From Actinomycetes bacterium (lineage in GTDB: Bacteria; Actinomycetota; Actinomycetes; Streptosporangiales; Streptosporangiaceae): 57,649 nucleotides of DNA. Of the stretch, positions 20,700-30,100 are shown in pieces. The stretch lies in the NCBI GenBank assembly GCA_021793235.1, contig JAJYTD010000024.1, forward strand, positions 1-57,649. The letters run 5' to 3'. The first letter of the stretch is position 1, and each line of letters starts with the position of its first letter. The position numbers were made by a program, and so were the translations under genes. The notes under the pieces are model-generated. The model made no database searches, had not been told where the DNA came from, and saw nothing but the letters and a program-made list of their open reading frames with translations.

Positions 20700-20912
20700 T
20701 CAGATGACGTCGGTGTCACCCGGGGGCCGCCGGTAGTCGCGACGGCCGCCGCGCGAGGCCATGATGCCGAGAGTGAGCACGATGACCGCCGCCCCCGCCA
20801 GCATGAAGATGATGCCGATGGCGGACAGATCGAGCCCCGCCACGTCAGCGGTGATGCCGAATTTCAGCACCGCTCCGATGACGATGAGGAAGATCCCGAG
20901 CCCGATTCCCAT
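20700..20912 (-). CDS. Small membrane protein
   Basis: MGIGLGIFLIVIGAVLKFG...IGIIFMLAGAAVIVLTLGIM: two TM helices. Confidence 0.4.
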   Translation of the reverse strand: MGIGLGIFLIVIGAVLKFGITADVAGLDLSAIGIIFMLAGAAVIVLTLGIMASRGGRRDYRRPPGDTDVI

Positions 20913-21092
20913 CTGCTGCCTCCGCGGCGCCGTGTATGTGCGGTCCCTGTTGCTATTACCCGCTTCACGGCGGCGCATTACCGGAAATATACGAACGCGC
21001 CGGTGGGGGAGCGGACGGTGGGCCGCCCCTCACCCGCCATCAGCGAAGACCCCTGTGGTCGGCGCGCCGGTGCGGTTGCGAAGAGCTCGGCC

Positions 21093-22094
21093 TCACGTCG
21101 GGAGGGGTTCGCCGCCGGGGCCGCGGAACGTGCTGCGGTAGGCGCTCGGTGAGACACCGAGCGCCGCCTGTAGATGCTGGCGCAGCGATGCGGCCGTGCC
21201 AAAGCCCGCGTCCGCCGCGATCCGGTCGACGGGAAGGTCGGTCTCCTCCAGGAGCTGCCGGGCACGCTCGATCCGCTGCAGGGTCAACCACTGCAGGGGG
21301 GAGACCCCGACCTCGTCCCGGAAGCGGCGGGTGAAGGTCCGTACACTCATCGACTCCCGCGCCGCCAGGTCGCGCAGACCGACCGGCCTATCGAGGTGCT
21401 CCAGCGCCCACGCGCGGGCCGCGCCGGTGGAGGAGACCCGCGGCTCGGGAACGGGGCGCCGGATGAACTGGGCCTGGCCGCCGTCGCGGTGCGGGGAGAC
21501 GACCGTGCCGCGGGCGACCTCGTTGGCGACCGCGGCCCCGTGGTCGCACCGGATCATGTGCAGGCACAGGTCGATGCCCGAAGCGACCCCGGCCGAGGTG
21601 AGCACGCCCCCGTCGTCGGTGTAGAGGACGTTCGGATCGAGTTTCACCGCCGGATACAGCCTCCGGAAGGCGTCGCAGGACCGCCAGTGCGTCGTGGCCC
21701 GTCGGCCGTCGAGCAGTCCGGCGGCGGCCAATACGAAGGAGCCCGTGCAGATGGAGGCGATCCGAGCGCCCGGCCGGATGGCGGCGACGGCCTCGGCGAG
21801 CGGGGTGCTGAGAGGGCCTTCCCGGGGCTCGTAGTCCGCAGGGGAAGCCGGGACGACCACGGTGTCGGCCTCGCCCAGAATCTCCGGTCCGTGCGCGACG
21901 TTGATCGTGATGTCGGCGTCGGTGCGCACTTCACCGGGAACGAGCGTGCAGGTCAGTACTTCATACAGCGGTGCGCCTCCGGCCGAGCGGGCTTGGCCGA
22001 ACAATCGGTGCACGATCCCCATCTCGATCGGCAGCAGGCCATGGCGCACCAGAACGGCCACCCGGTGCCGGCCGGAGTGCGAGAAAGCGCTCAT
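21093..22094 (-). CDS. GlxA-family transcriptional regulator (DJ-1/PfpI domain + AraC HTH)
   Basis: N-terminal DJ-1/PfpI-like domain (ASICTGSFVLAAAGLLDGRRATTHW). C-terminal AraC HTH (LAARESMSVRTFTRRFRDEVGVSPLQWL). Confidence 0.85.
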   Translation of the reverse strand: MSAFSHSGRHRVAVLVRHGLLPIEMGIVHRLFGQARSAGGAPLYEVLTCTLVPGEVRTDADITINVAHGPEILGEADTVVVPASPADYEPREGPLSTPLAEAVAAIRPGARIASICTGSFVLAAAGLLDGRRATTHWRSCDAFRRLYPAVKLDPNVLYTDDGGVLTSAGVASGIDLCLHMIRCDHGAAVANEVARGTVVSPHRDGGQAQFIRRPVPEPRVSSTGAARAWALEHLDRPVGLRDLAARESMSVRTFTRRFRDEVGVSPLQWLTLQRIERARQLLEETDLPVDRIAADAGFGTAASLRQHLQAALGVSPSAYRSTFRGPGGEPLPT

Positions 22095-22221
22095 GGCCCG
22101 ATTCTTTCACATGATGGCCTTCCGGCCACTCGTCTCGCCGGGGATGGGCGCGCATGATCGTTCGCAGGCCCTCGCCTTGGGCGCGGGGGCGGTCGACACG
22201 TGAACGAGAGAGGTGTGCCGG

Positions 22222-23049
22222 ATGAAGGTGCTGTGGGTCTTCGCCCACCCGGAACAGCGTTCGCTGAACGGGGCCCTGAGAGACGAGGGCCTCCACGAAC
22301 TGCGGGAGCTGGGGCACGAGTACCGCCAGTCCGACCTGTACGCCATGGGGTTCACACCCGTGGTCGACAAAGACGACTTCAGTACGCAGCCGCACGAGCG
22401 CCTGGTCGTCACCGCGGAGTCCAAACGCGCCTACCAGGCCGCAGCGCTGAGCGAGGACATCCGCGCCGAGCACGCCAAGCTCGCCTGGGCCGACACCCTT
22501 ATCCTGCAGTTCCCCCTCTGGTGGTACGGCATGCCCGCCATCCTCAAGGGCTGGTTCGACCGCGTGTTCGTCAAGGGGTTCGGCTACGGGGTCAGCGACC
22601 CGCACGACGGCCGCACCCTCCGCTACGGGGAGGGGCGGCTGGCCGGCAAACGCGCGATGGTCGTGGTGACGGTCGGCGCCAGGGAGGCCGCCGTCGGCCC
22701 CCGCGGCATCAACGGCGACCTGAACGACCTGCTGTTTCCCCTGCAGCACGGCACGCTCTGGTACACCGGCGCGTCCGTGCTCGACCCGTTCGTCGTCCAC
22801 GGCGCGGACCGGGTCTCCCCCGAGCAGTACGCGGCCGCCGCCGCACGGCTGCGCGGCCGGCTCCGCTCGCTGCCGACCAGTACGCCGATCCCCTTCCGCT
22901 ACCAGAACAAGGGGGACTATGCCGAGGATCTCGTGCTGCGGCCCGAGATCGCGCCGGGCCGCACCGGCCTCGACGTGCACCGCACCGACGGGGCGACCGG
23001 TGCGGGCCGCGAGCGAATGGAGGGCGTGCGCCCGGCCCCGATCGGGTAG
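22222..23049 (+). CDS. NAD(P)H dehydrogenase (quinone), flavodoxin-like fold
   Basis: MKVLWVFAHPEQRSLNGAL...LILQFPLWWYGMPAILKGWFDRV: Flavodoxin_2/NQO1-like signature. Confidence 0.8.
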   Translation: MKVLWVFAHPEQRSLNGALRDEGLHELRELGHEYRQSDLYAMGFTPVVDKDDFSTQPHERLVVTAESKRAYQAAALSEDIRAEHAKLAWADTLILQFPLWWYGMPAILKGWFDRVFVKGFGYGVSDPHDGRTLRYGEGRLAGKRAMVVVTVGAREAAVGPRGINGDLNDLLFPLQHGTLWYTGASVLDPFVVHGADRVSPEQYAAAAARLRGRLRSLPTSTPIPFRYQNKGDYAEDLVLRPEIAPGRTGLDVHRTDGATGAGRERMEGVRPAPIG

Positions 23050-23149
23050 GGGCGGCCCAAAGGCCGGTTCCGGTGGGGTCGCCACCGGAACCGGCCCATG
23101 TGTGCGGCACCTGCGTTGTGCGCGTTTCAGCCGCTACTGGGGCGTCGGC

Positions 23150-24973
23150 TTAGAACGCCGACTCGGGGACCTCCATCAGGTCCAGCGAGGTCTTCTCCGT
23201 GATCGCGCGCTCGGCGGACAGGCGCGGCAGGACCTGGTCGGCGAAGAACCGCGCGGCGGCGATCTTGCCGGTGTAGAAGTCCCGATCCGCCTGGCCGGCT
23301 CCGTCGAGGGCGGCCAGCGCGGCCTCGGCCTGGCGCAGCAGCAGCCAGCCCAGGACCACGTCGCCGAATCCCATCAGCAGGCGCGTGGTGTTCAGGCCCA
23401 CCTTGTACAGCTCCCGGCTGTCCTCGGCAGAGCGCATGGCGTCGCCGACCATGATCTCGACGATTCTCTCCACGTCGGCGGCTGCCTCGGCGAGGGCGGC
23501 GCGCTCTTCCTTCAGCTGCCCGTTCCCGGCCTCGCCGGCGGCGAACTCCTTGATCTCGCCGATCAGCTGCCCGAACGCCTGCCCGTTGTTCTTCACGATC
23601 TTGCGGAAGAAGAAGTCCTGCGCCTGGATCGCCGTGGTCCCCTCGTAGAGGGTGTCGATCTTGGCGTCGCGGATGTACTGCTCGATGGGGTAGTCCTGCA
23701 GGTATCCGGAGCCGCCGAGGGTCTGCAGCGACTCGGCCAGCAGCGCATAGGACCGCTCCGAGCCGACGCCCTTGACGATCGGCAGCAGCAGGTCGTTGAG
23801 CGCCTCGACGGAGCTGTGGTCCTCTCCGTTGTGCTGGGCGATCTGCACCGCGTCCTGCTGGGTGGCGGTGTAGATGACCAGGGCACGCAGTGCTTCGGCG
23901 TAGGCCTTCTGGGTCATGAGGCTGCGCCGCACGTCCGGGTGGTGGGTGATGGTCACGCGCGGGGCGGTCTTGTCCGCCATCTGGGTCAGGTCGGCGCCCT
24001 GCTTGCGCTCCTTGGCGTACTCCAGCGCGTTCAGGTAGCCGGTGGACAGGGTGGCGATCGCCTTCGTCCCCACCATCATCCGGGCGTGCTCGATGACGAG
24101 GAACATCTGCCGGATGCCGTCGTGCTTGTCGCCCACCAGGTAGCCCACGGCGGGGTGCTTGGCGCCGAAGGTCAGCTCGCAGGTGGTGGAGGCCTTCAGG
24201 CCCATCTTGTCCTCGACGTTGGTCACGTAGGCGCCGTTGCGCTCGCCCAGCGACCCGTCCTCGTTGACCAGGTATTTCGGCACCAGGAAGAGCGAGAGGC
24301 CCTTCGTTCCGGGCTTGGCCCCCTCCGGGCGGGCCAGCACCAGGTGGAAGATGTTCTCGGTCATGTCCTGCTCGGCCGAGGTGATGAACCGCTTCACACC
24401 TTCGATGTGCCAGGTGCCGTCGCCCTGGTCGATGGCCTTGGTGCGGCCGGCGCCGACATCGGAGCCCGCGTCGGGCTCGGTGAGCACCATGGTGGCGCCC
24501 CAGCCGCGGTCGATGGCCATCTGGGCGAACTTCTTCTGCGCCTCGTTGCCCTCGCGGTAGAGGATGTAGGCGAAGCCCGGACCGGCGGCGTACATGTGGA
24601 CGGCGGGGTTGGCGCCGAGGATCAGTTCCGCGGCGGCCCACACCAGAGAGCGGGGTGCGCCGAGCCCGCCGAGTTCAGGCGGCAGGTCGAGGTTGTACCA
24701 CCCGGCGTCCATGTAGTCCTGGTAGGACTTCTTCAGGCTTTCGGGCAGGGCGACGGTGTTGGTCGCCGGGTCGAACACCGGCGGGTTGCGGTCGGCGTCT
24801 TCGAAGGACTCGGCCACGGATCCAGTGGCGAGCCTGTCGACCTCATCGAGAATGGTGCGAGCCGTGTCCTCGTCCAGCTCCTCGAACGGGCCGGTTCCCA
24901 GCACGTCCTGGCGCTTGAAGACCTCAAAAAGGTTGAACTCGAGGTCACGGAGGTTGCTCTTGTAATGCGTCAT
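23150..24973 (-). CDS. Long-chain acyl-CoA dehydrogenase (FadE5-like, about 607 aa)
   Basis: ACAD domains ([20 protein letters not shown]) with an N-terminal extension, as in mycobacterial FadE5. Confidence 0.9.
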   Translation of the reverse strand: MTHYKSNLRDLEFNLFEVFKRQDVLGTGPFEELDEDTARTILDEVDRLATGSVAESFEDADRNPPVFDPATNTVALPESLKKSYQDYMDAGWYNLDLPPELGGLGAPRSLVWAAAELILGANPAVHMYAAGPGFAYILYREGNEAQKKFAQMAIDRGWGATMVLTEPDAGSDVGAGRTKAIDQGDGTWHIEGVKRFITSAEQDMTENIFHLVLARPEGAKPGTKGLSLFLVPKYLVNEDGSLGERNGAYVTNVEDKMGLKASTTCELTFGAKHPAVGYLVGDKHDGIRQMFLVIEHARMMVGTKAIATLSTGYLNALEYAKERKQGADLTQMADKTAPRVTITHHPDVRRSLMTQKAYAEALRALVIYTATQQDAVQIAQHNGEDHSSVEALNDLLLPIVKGVGSERSYALLAESLQTLGGSGYLQDYPIEQYIRDAKIDTLYEGTTAIQAQDFFFRKIVKNNGQAFGQLIGEIKEFAAGEAGNGQLKEERAALAEAAADVERIVEIMVGDAMRSAEDSRELYKVGLNTTRLLMGFGDVVLGWLLLRQAEAALAALDGAGQADRDFYTGKIAAARFFADQVLPRLSAERAITEKTSLDLMEVPESAF

Positions 24974-25025
24974 GGCGCGCTCCGCTGTGTCGTGGCCGCT
25001 GTGTCAGCACAGGCGATCTACCAAC

Positions 25026-25058
25026 TAGTAACAAGTCAATGTTACTACCGAGTAGTAG
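25026..25058. promoter_or_regulatory. Operator-like palindrome TAGTAACA-agtcaa-TGTTACTA plus AGTAGTAG in the low-GC fadE upstream region
   Basis: Seen 50-85 bp upstream of the fadE start. It shares a 20-mer with the region upstream of the Fe-S oxidoreductase (see findings). Confidence 0.45.
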
Positions 25059-25218
25059 ATCTTTGCCAAGGGGTGTTGTGCACCGTTTCGGTAGAGGCCC
25101 CTGTCTTCCCGTCGAACGCGGCACTCGCCGCGCCATGGGGCGATACCGGCATGCCCGACCAAGGTGACTTTTGGTAACTGCGCATCATTGGATGGATACC
25201 TTCGGTAATTTTCTCCTC

Positions 25219-26079
25219 ATGCCATCGCACCAGCATGAAGTCCTCATTGAGCTGTTCCGGAACAACCTCGCCCTGGCTCCTGAACTGCTCCACGAAGCCC
25301 TGGGCATCGAGGTCCCCGATCACAACAGGGTCTTTTTGGAGAGCTGTGACCTGACCGACGTCAACCCCACCGAGTACCGAGCCGATGTCACCGTCGCTCT
25401 CAGACGGCAGAAGGAGGTGGAGATGGCGATCATCGTGGAAGTCCAACGCAGCCCGGCCAAAAAGAAGAGACTGACCTGGCCGGTCTATGTCGCCACTCTC
25501 CGCGCGAGACTGGGCTGCCCGGTCATACTGATGGTGGTGTCCCCGAAGCAGAAAGTCGCCGATTGGTGCGCTGTCCCGATCGAACTGGGACATCCGGGAT
25601 TCGTCCTGGAGCCCCTCGTCATCGGGCCGGCCCAGGTGCCGGTGGTGACCGACCCCGTCAAGGCACGCGGCCAGCCCGAACTGTCCGTGCTCTCCGCACT
25701 GGCCCACGGCGACAGCCCCGAGGTGCTCGACGCCTTCGGTCACGCCTTGGAATCAGTGGATAGCGATAAGTTCCCCTTCTATTATGACTATGTGTCGGGA
25801 CAGTTGTCCGATGCCGCCCGCGAATACTGGGAGAAGCTCATGGCCGCCGGAACTTACGAATGGCAGACCGATATCGCCCGCAAGTACGTCTCCGAGGGCA
25901 AGGCCGAGGGCAAGGCCGAGGGTGAGGCCAACGCCGTCTTGCTGTTTCTGGCCGCGCGCGGCATCCCGGTTCCGGATGAAGCCCGCGAACGCATCACCGC
26001 TTGCACCGATCTGGGCCAGCTAGAGGTGTGGATCCGGCGTGCCGCCACGGTGGACACGGCTGATGAACTCTTCGACTGA
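25219..26079 (+). CDS. Rpn-family recombination-promoting nuclease / putative transposase (PD-(D/E)XK, DUF4351 C-terminus)
   Basis: N-terminal MPSHQHEVLIELFRN... The core (EVQRS...PVYVATL) and C-terminal region (LFLAARGIPVPDEARERI...LGQLEVWIRRAATVDTADEL) resemble YhgA/Rpn-like proteins. The start was trimmed to Met 25219. Confidence 0.5.
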   Translation: MPSHQHEVLIELFRNNLALAPELLHEALGIEVPDHNRVFLESCDLTDVNPTEYRADVTVALRRQKEVEMAIIVEVQRSPAKKKRLTWPVYVATLRARLGCPVILMVVSPKQKVADWCAVPIELGHPGFVLEPLVIGPAQVPVVTDPVKARGQPELSVLSALAHGDSPEVLDAFGHALESVDSDKFPFYYDYVSGQLSDAAREYWEKLMAAGTYEWQTDIARKYVSEGKAEGKAEGEANAVLLFLAARGIPVPDEARERITACTDLGQLEVWIRRAATVDTADELFD

Positions 26080-26103
26080 CGTCAGGCGCGCATGACGGCG
26101 GCG

Positions 26104-26135
26104 GCCGCCGACCGGAATCGTCCGGTCGGCGGCCG
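26104..26135 (+). terminator. 13-bp perfect hairpin GGCCGCCGACCGG/CCGGTCGGCGGCC after the Rpn-like gene
   Basis: Seen 25 nt after the stop. Confidence 0.45.
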
Positions 26136-26210
26136 CTATGTTTCCGGGGCCGCGGCGGCCGCAGGATGGCGGGCTGATGCGTCGGGTGCGCCCTTCGCTA
26201 GGGTGCTCGA

Positions 26211-26984
26211 GTGCGCAATGGTGACGGATCGGGCGAAGCGGGCAGGGCGCTGCTCGACGCGGAGCTTTGGCGGCGGAGCGAGGACGGGCATACCTTCGGG
26301 GCGCTCGTGTGGCAGGCCGGGCCCGGATGGCGGATGATCGCCTCCAGTGTGCTGGGCGGCGGGATCGGGCCGCGGTCGTTCGTGGTGAACGCGCAGGTCT
26401 CGGGTGACTACCGGCGCACCGACCCGCAAGCGCACCTGTCCGGGATCGCGGCGGCGGCCGGCGCCGCGGGCGAGGGCGTCGGCCTGCTGACGGCCGCCGA
26501 CGTCGACCGGGCGCAGTGGGGAGCCGATGGGGGTGTCGAGGTCCTGGCGACGGTCGGGATCGGCCGCCCGACCTGGGCCGCGGACAGCGAGGAGCTGGAC
26601 GAGGCGCGGCTGGGCGACGAACCTGCGGACGGTCCGCTGGGCGGCCAGGGGCCGGGCACCATCAACATCGTGGTGGCGGTCCCGGCCGCCCTGTCCGATG
26701 CCGCCCTGGTCAACGCGGTCGCCACCGCCACAGAAGCCAAAGTGCAGGCGGTCATGCGGGCGGGATACGCCTGCACGGGGACGGCCTCCGACGCGGTGTG
26801 CGTCGCGGCCCGCATCGCCGCCGACGGACTGCCCGAGGAGGCGTTCGGCGGCCCCCGGTCCCGGTGGGGCGCCCGCATCGCCCGCGCGGTGCACGCCGCG
26901 GTCTACGCCGGGGCCCTCGATGACGCCGACCGCCTACGGGCAGACGGCGCCGACCGCGGCCGCGCATATTCGGCGCGGTCCTGA
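26211..26984 (+). CDS. Adenosylcobinamide amidohydrolase (CbiZ)-like protein
   Basis: GTG start right after an in-frame stop. The region MIASSVLGGGIG...VVNAQV...GVGLLTAA...TGTASDAVCVA resembles the CbiZ family by recollection. Not verified. Confidence 0.4.
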   Translation: MRNGDGSGEAGRALLDAELWRRSEDGHTFGALVWQAGPGWRMIASSVLGGGIGPRSFVVNAQVSGDYRRTDPQAHLSGIAAAAGAAGEGVGLLTAADVDRAQWGADGGVEVLATVGIGRPTWAADSEELDEARLGDEPADGPLGGQGPGTINIVVAVPAALSDAALVNAVATATEAKVQAVMRAGYACTGTASDAVCVAARIAADGLPEEAFGGPRSRWGARIARAVHAAVYAGALDDADRLRADGADRGRAYSARS

Positions 26985-27133
26985 GCCCGGGCGGGAGCAT
27001 CGGATTCGGTGGTCTGACCGGCCAGGAGGGCACGGCCGGTGGTGCGGCCCCGCAACGGCGCGGGTCCGTGGAAACCCGCCGAGAACACGTTTCCACGGAC
27101 CCGGCAAAGGCCCCGCCCTGCTCTCCGCCGTTC

Positions 27134-30100
27134 TCACGGCGAGAAGCGCTCCGCCGCCCTCTCGATCGCCGTCTCCACCGCGCCTACACGGTCGGCCAGC
27201 AGCCCCACGGCGCCCACGGCCCGGCTCATCGGGTCCGCACCGTCACCGCCGAGGGCCTTGGACCGCAGGTAGGCGGCCTTCACCGCCGTCCACCGCTCCG
27301 CCTGCTCGGCGGTCATCGTGCCGCGCAGCTCGGCCAGCTTGAGCAGGTTGGCCTCCGCGTCGGAGGTGAGGGTCTGCGCCTCGCCCAGGTAGTGGTCGTC
27401 GATCGCCGCGGCCAGCTCGGCGTCGTTCATCACCGGCACGATCTTCTCGGCCAGCCGGTTCATGTTCCGGTAGGAGCCCTGCAGCCGGAAGGGCGGTTCG
27501 GTGCGCGACTCCTCCGCTTGTGCCGCCGAAGCGATGTAGGCCTGGTTGTTGGCCAGCACCACCTCCTGCACCGCGACCAGTTTGCGCAGCACCGCCAGAA
27601 TCTGGTCCAGCTCCACCGGTGAATAGGAGTGGGACAGCCGGTCCGGCCGCACCGACTCGTCGCCCTTGGCCAGCCGCACCAGCAGCTCGATGTCGCCGCG
27701 GTCCCGCGTGGACAGCGGTGCCAGGACCGGGTTGGACGTCAGCGCGTTCTCGATGTAGCTCAGCGCGAACAGCTCATCCTTGCCCGACAGCACGTCGCCC
27801 AGGTTGTACACGTCGGCGCGGTTGGCCAGCATGTCCGGGACCCGGAACCGCTGCCCCTCTTCGGTGTAGGGGTTACCGGCCATGCACACCGCGAACCGCT
27901 TGCCACGCAGGTCATAGGTGCGGGTACGGCCGTCCCACACCCCCTCCATCCGACGCTGCCCGTCGCACAGCGAGATGAACTTCTGCAGCAGTTCCGGCGA
28001 CGTGTGCTGGATGTCGTCCAGGTACAGCAGCGTGTTGCTGCCCATCTCCAACGCGAAGGAGATCTTCTCGACCTCCTGGCGCGCCGTCGCGTCAGGCGCA
28101 TCGGCAGGGTCCAGCGAGGTCACGGAGTGGCCCAGCGCCGGCCCGTTGACCTTGACGAACACCAGCCCCAGCCGGCTCGCCACATACTCCATCAGCGTGG
28201 TCTTGCCATACCCCGGCGGGGAGATGAGCAGCAGCAGTCCGCTCTGGTCGGTGCGCCTGCTATCGCCGGCCGCCCCCACCTGCTTGGCGAGGTTGTCGCC
28301 GATCAGCGGCAGATAGACCTCGTCCAGCAGCCGGTTGCGCACGAACCCGCTCATCACCTTCGGCCGGTACTCGTCCAGCCGCAGCCCGCGCCGCTCGCGC
28401 TCCACCAGCTCGTTGCGCCGCCGCTGGTACTCCCGGTAGGCCGGGACCTCCTCAGAGCGGAACCGCCGGGTCCGGGCCAGCAGCTCATCGAGCCGGAACA
28501 CCAGGCGCCGGTCGACGATGCGGGGGTGGGTCCCGAGCAGCCCGCTCACCTCCGCCGACAGCGACGCCGACGAGTCGTGGCGGTGCAGGGCAGAACCGCA
28601 CAGCTCGATCGCCACCGCCTCCGGCAGATCCGCCTCGCTCACCTCCTCTCCGGCCGTGGCCGAAAACGAGTTCAGCCACGCGGTGACGAGCTGGTGCCGG
28701 GCGGCCAGGTCACCACCCAGAGCCCGCAGGTCCTCCGCGAACTCCTGGCGCGACTTCGACCGCGCACCGCCGAGCGCGCGGCGGAACCGGTCCAGCAAGT
28801 CGCGGGCCCCTGCGCTGGTGACGAACCCCGAAGGTGCCCCGGCCACCTCCTCGAACAGGTACTCACCGGCGAGGTCGGTCTCGGCCGCCGCCCCGTCCAG
28901 CCCCGCCTCGGCCAGGAACGCGGCGATGGCCGAACCCAGTTCCGCGTACAGTCCGTTGATCTCCGCCGACCGGCGCGAACCGAAGATCGTCCGCGCCCGC
29001 GCCAGCGACGCCGCCCGCGTCGTCCACGCGGTCCTGGACTCCTCGTCGGTGCCGAACGCCCAGAACAACTGGGCGGCGGCCCGCGCCTGCGGCGGGTAGC
29101 GCAGCAGACCGGCACTGGTGTGCAGCCGCAGCAGCGCTTCGAGGAGCAGAGCGGCGTCGTGGTCGTGCACACCCCGCTCATACCCCTCGTCGTAACGGGT
29201 CTCGGCGACCGCGCGGACCACATCGAGCAGCCCGCCGGCTGCGTCGACGCCCCGCACCGCCGCCTCGTGAAGCACGTCAAGGGTCACCCCCTCGTCGCCG
29301 TTCTCGGCGGCGGCCAGGACCGAGGCGGCCAAATACTCGGCCCGGTACACCTCCGGGGACTCCGACACCAGCAGCCGGTCCCAGAACCGGCGGGTCGCGG
29401 CGAACTCGGCGTCGCGCACCGGCGCCCGGTAGTCCGTCCCGGTGATGCTGATCGCCATCTCGCCGTCGTGCGGCACCATCGTCAGGTCGACCGGTTGGGT
29501 GTTGACGGCGAAGCGGTGCTGCCCCAACCGGATGCTCTCGCCGCCGTCGTCGAACAGGTCGATGCGGTCCCGCAGCGCCCGGCCGGCCTCCTGCCGGGCG
29601 GCCTTGACGCGCCCCTCCAGCTCTTCGGCGCGGACCTGGTCGCCCAGCGAGCGCAGCTCCTCCGTGCTGGCGCGCAGCTTGGCCACCATGGGGTCGGAGG
29701 CGAAGTAGGTGTTCACGTCATCCAGCGAATCCAGCGACATGACCCGCCGGCTCACACTGGTGAGGATCCGCTCAGCGGACTCCACCAGCCGGTCCGCGCG
29801 CCGGGCGCGTTCGTCGAGCAGCGTCTGCTTGCGCGCCGAGAACGCCTCGTAGACGTCCTCCCGCTTGGTGGCCAGATCACCGAGGAAATCGTCGAACTCC
29901 GCGAACCGCGACTCCAGGTTCTCGATCTGCAGCATCAGCCGGCCGAGCTGCTCGTCGCAGCGGTCCGGCGTGTCCGACGCCGCCAGCGCGCCGGTGACGG
30001 CCTGGCCCAGCAGCGCGAACTCCGCGGCGAACTCGGCGCGCCCCTCGGAGTCCAGCAGCTGCCTGCGGCGCGTCTCCAACGTGGCGCGCGCCCGGTTGAT

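Noticed and set aside
22919-25177. 752-aa plus-strand ORF and the 23127-24641 minus-strand 504-aa ORF
   Set aside because: Both overlap the strongly supported acyl-CoA dehydrogenase gene in alternative frames. Their composition is low-complexity GC-frame artefact.
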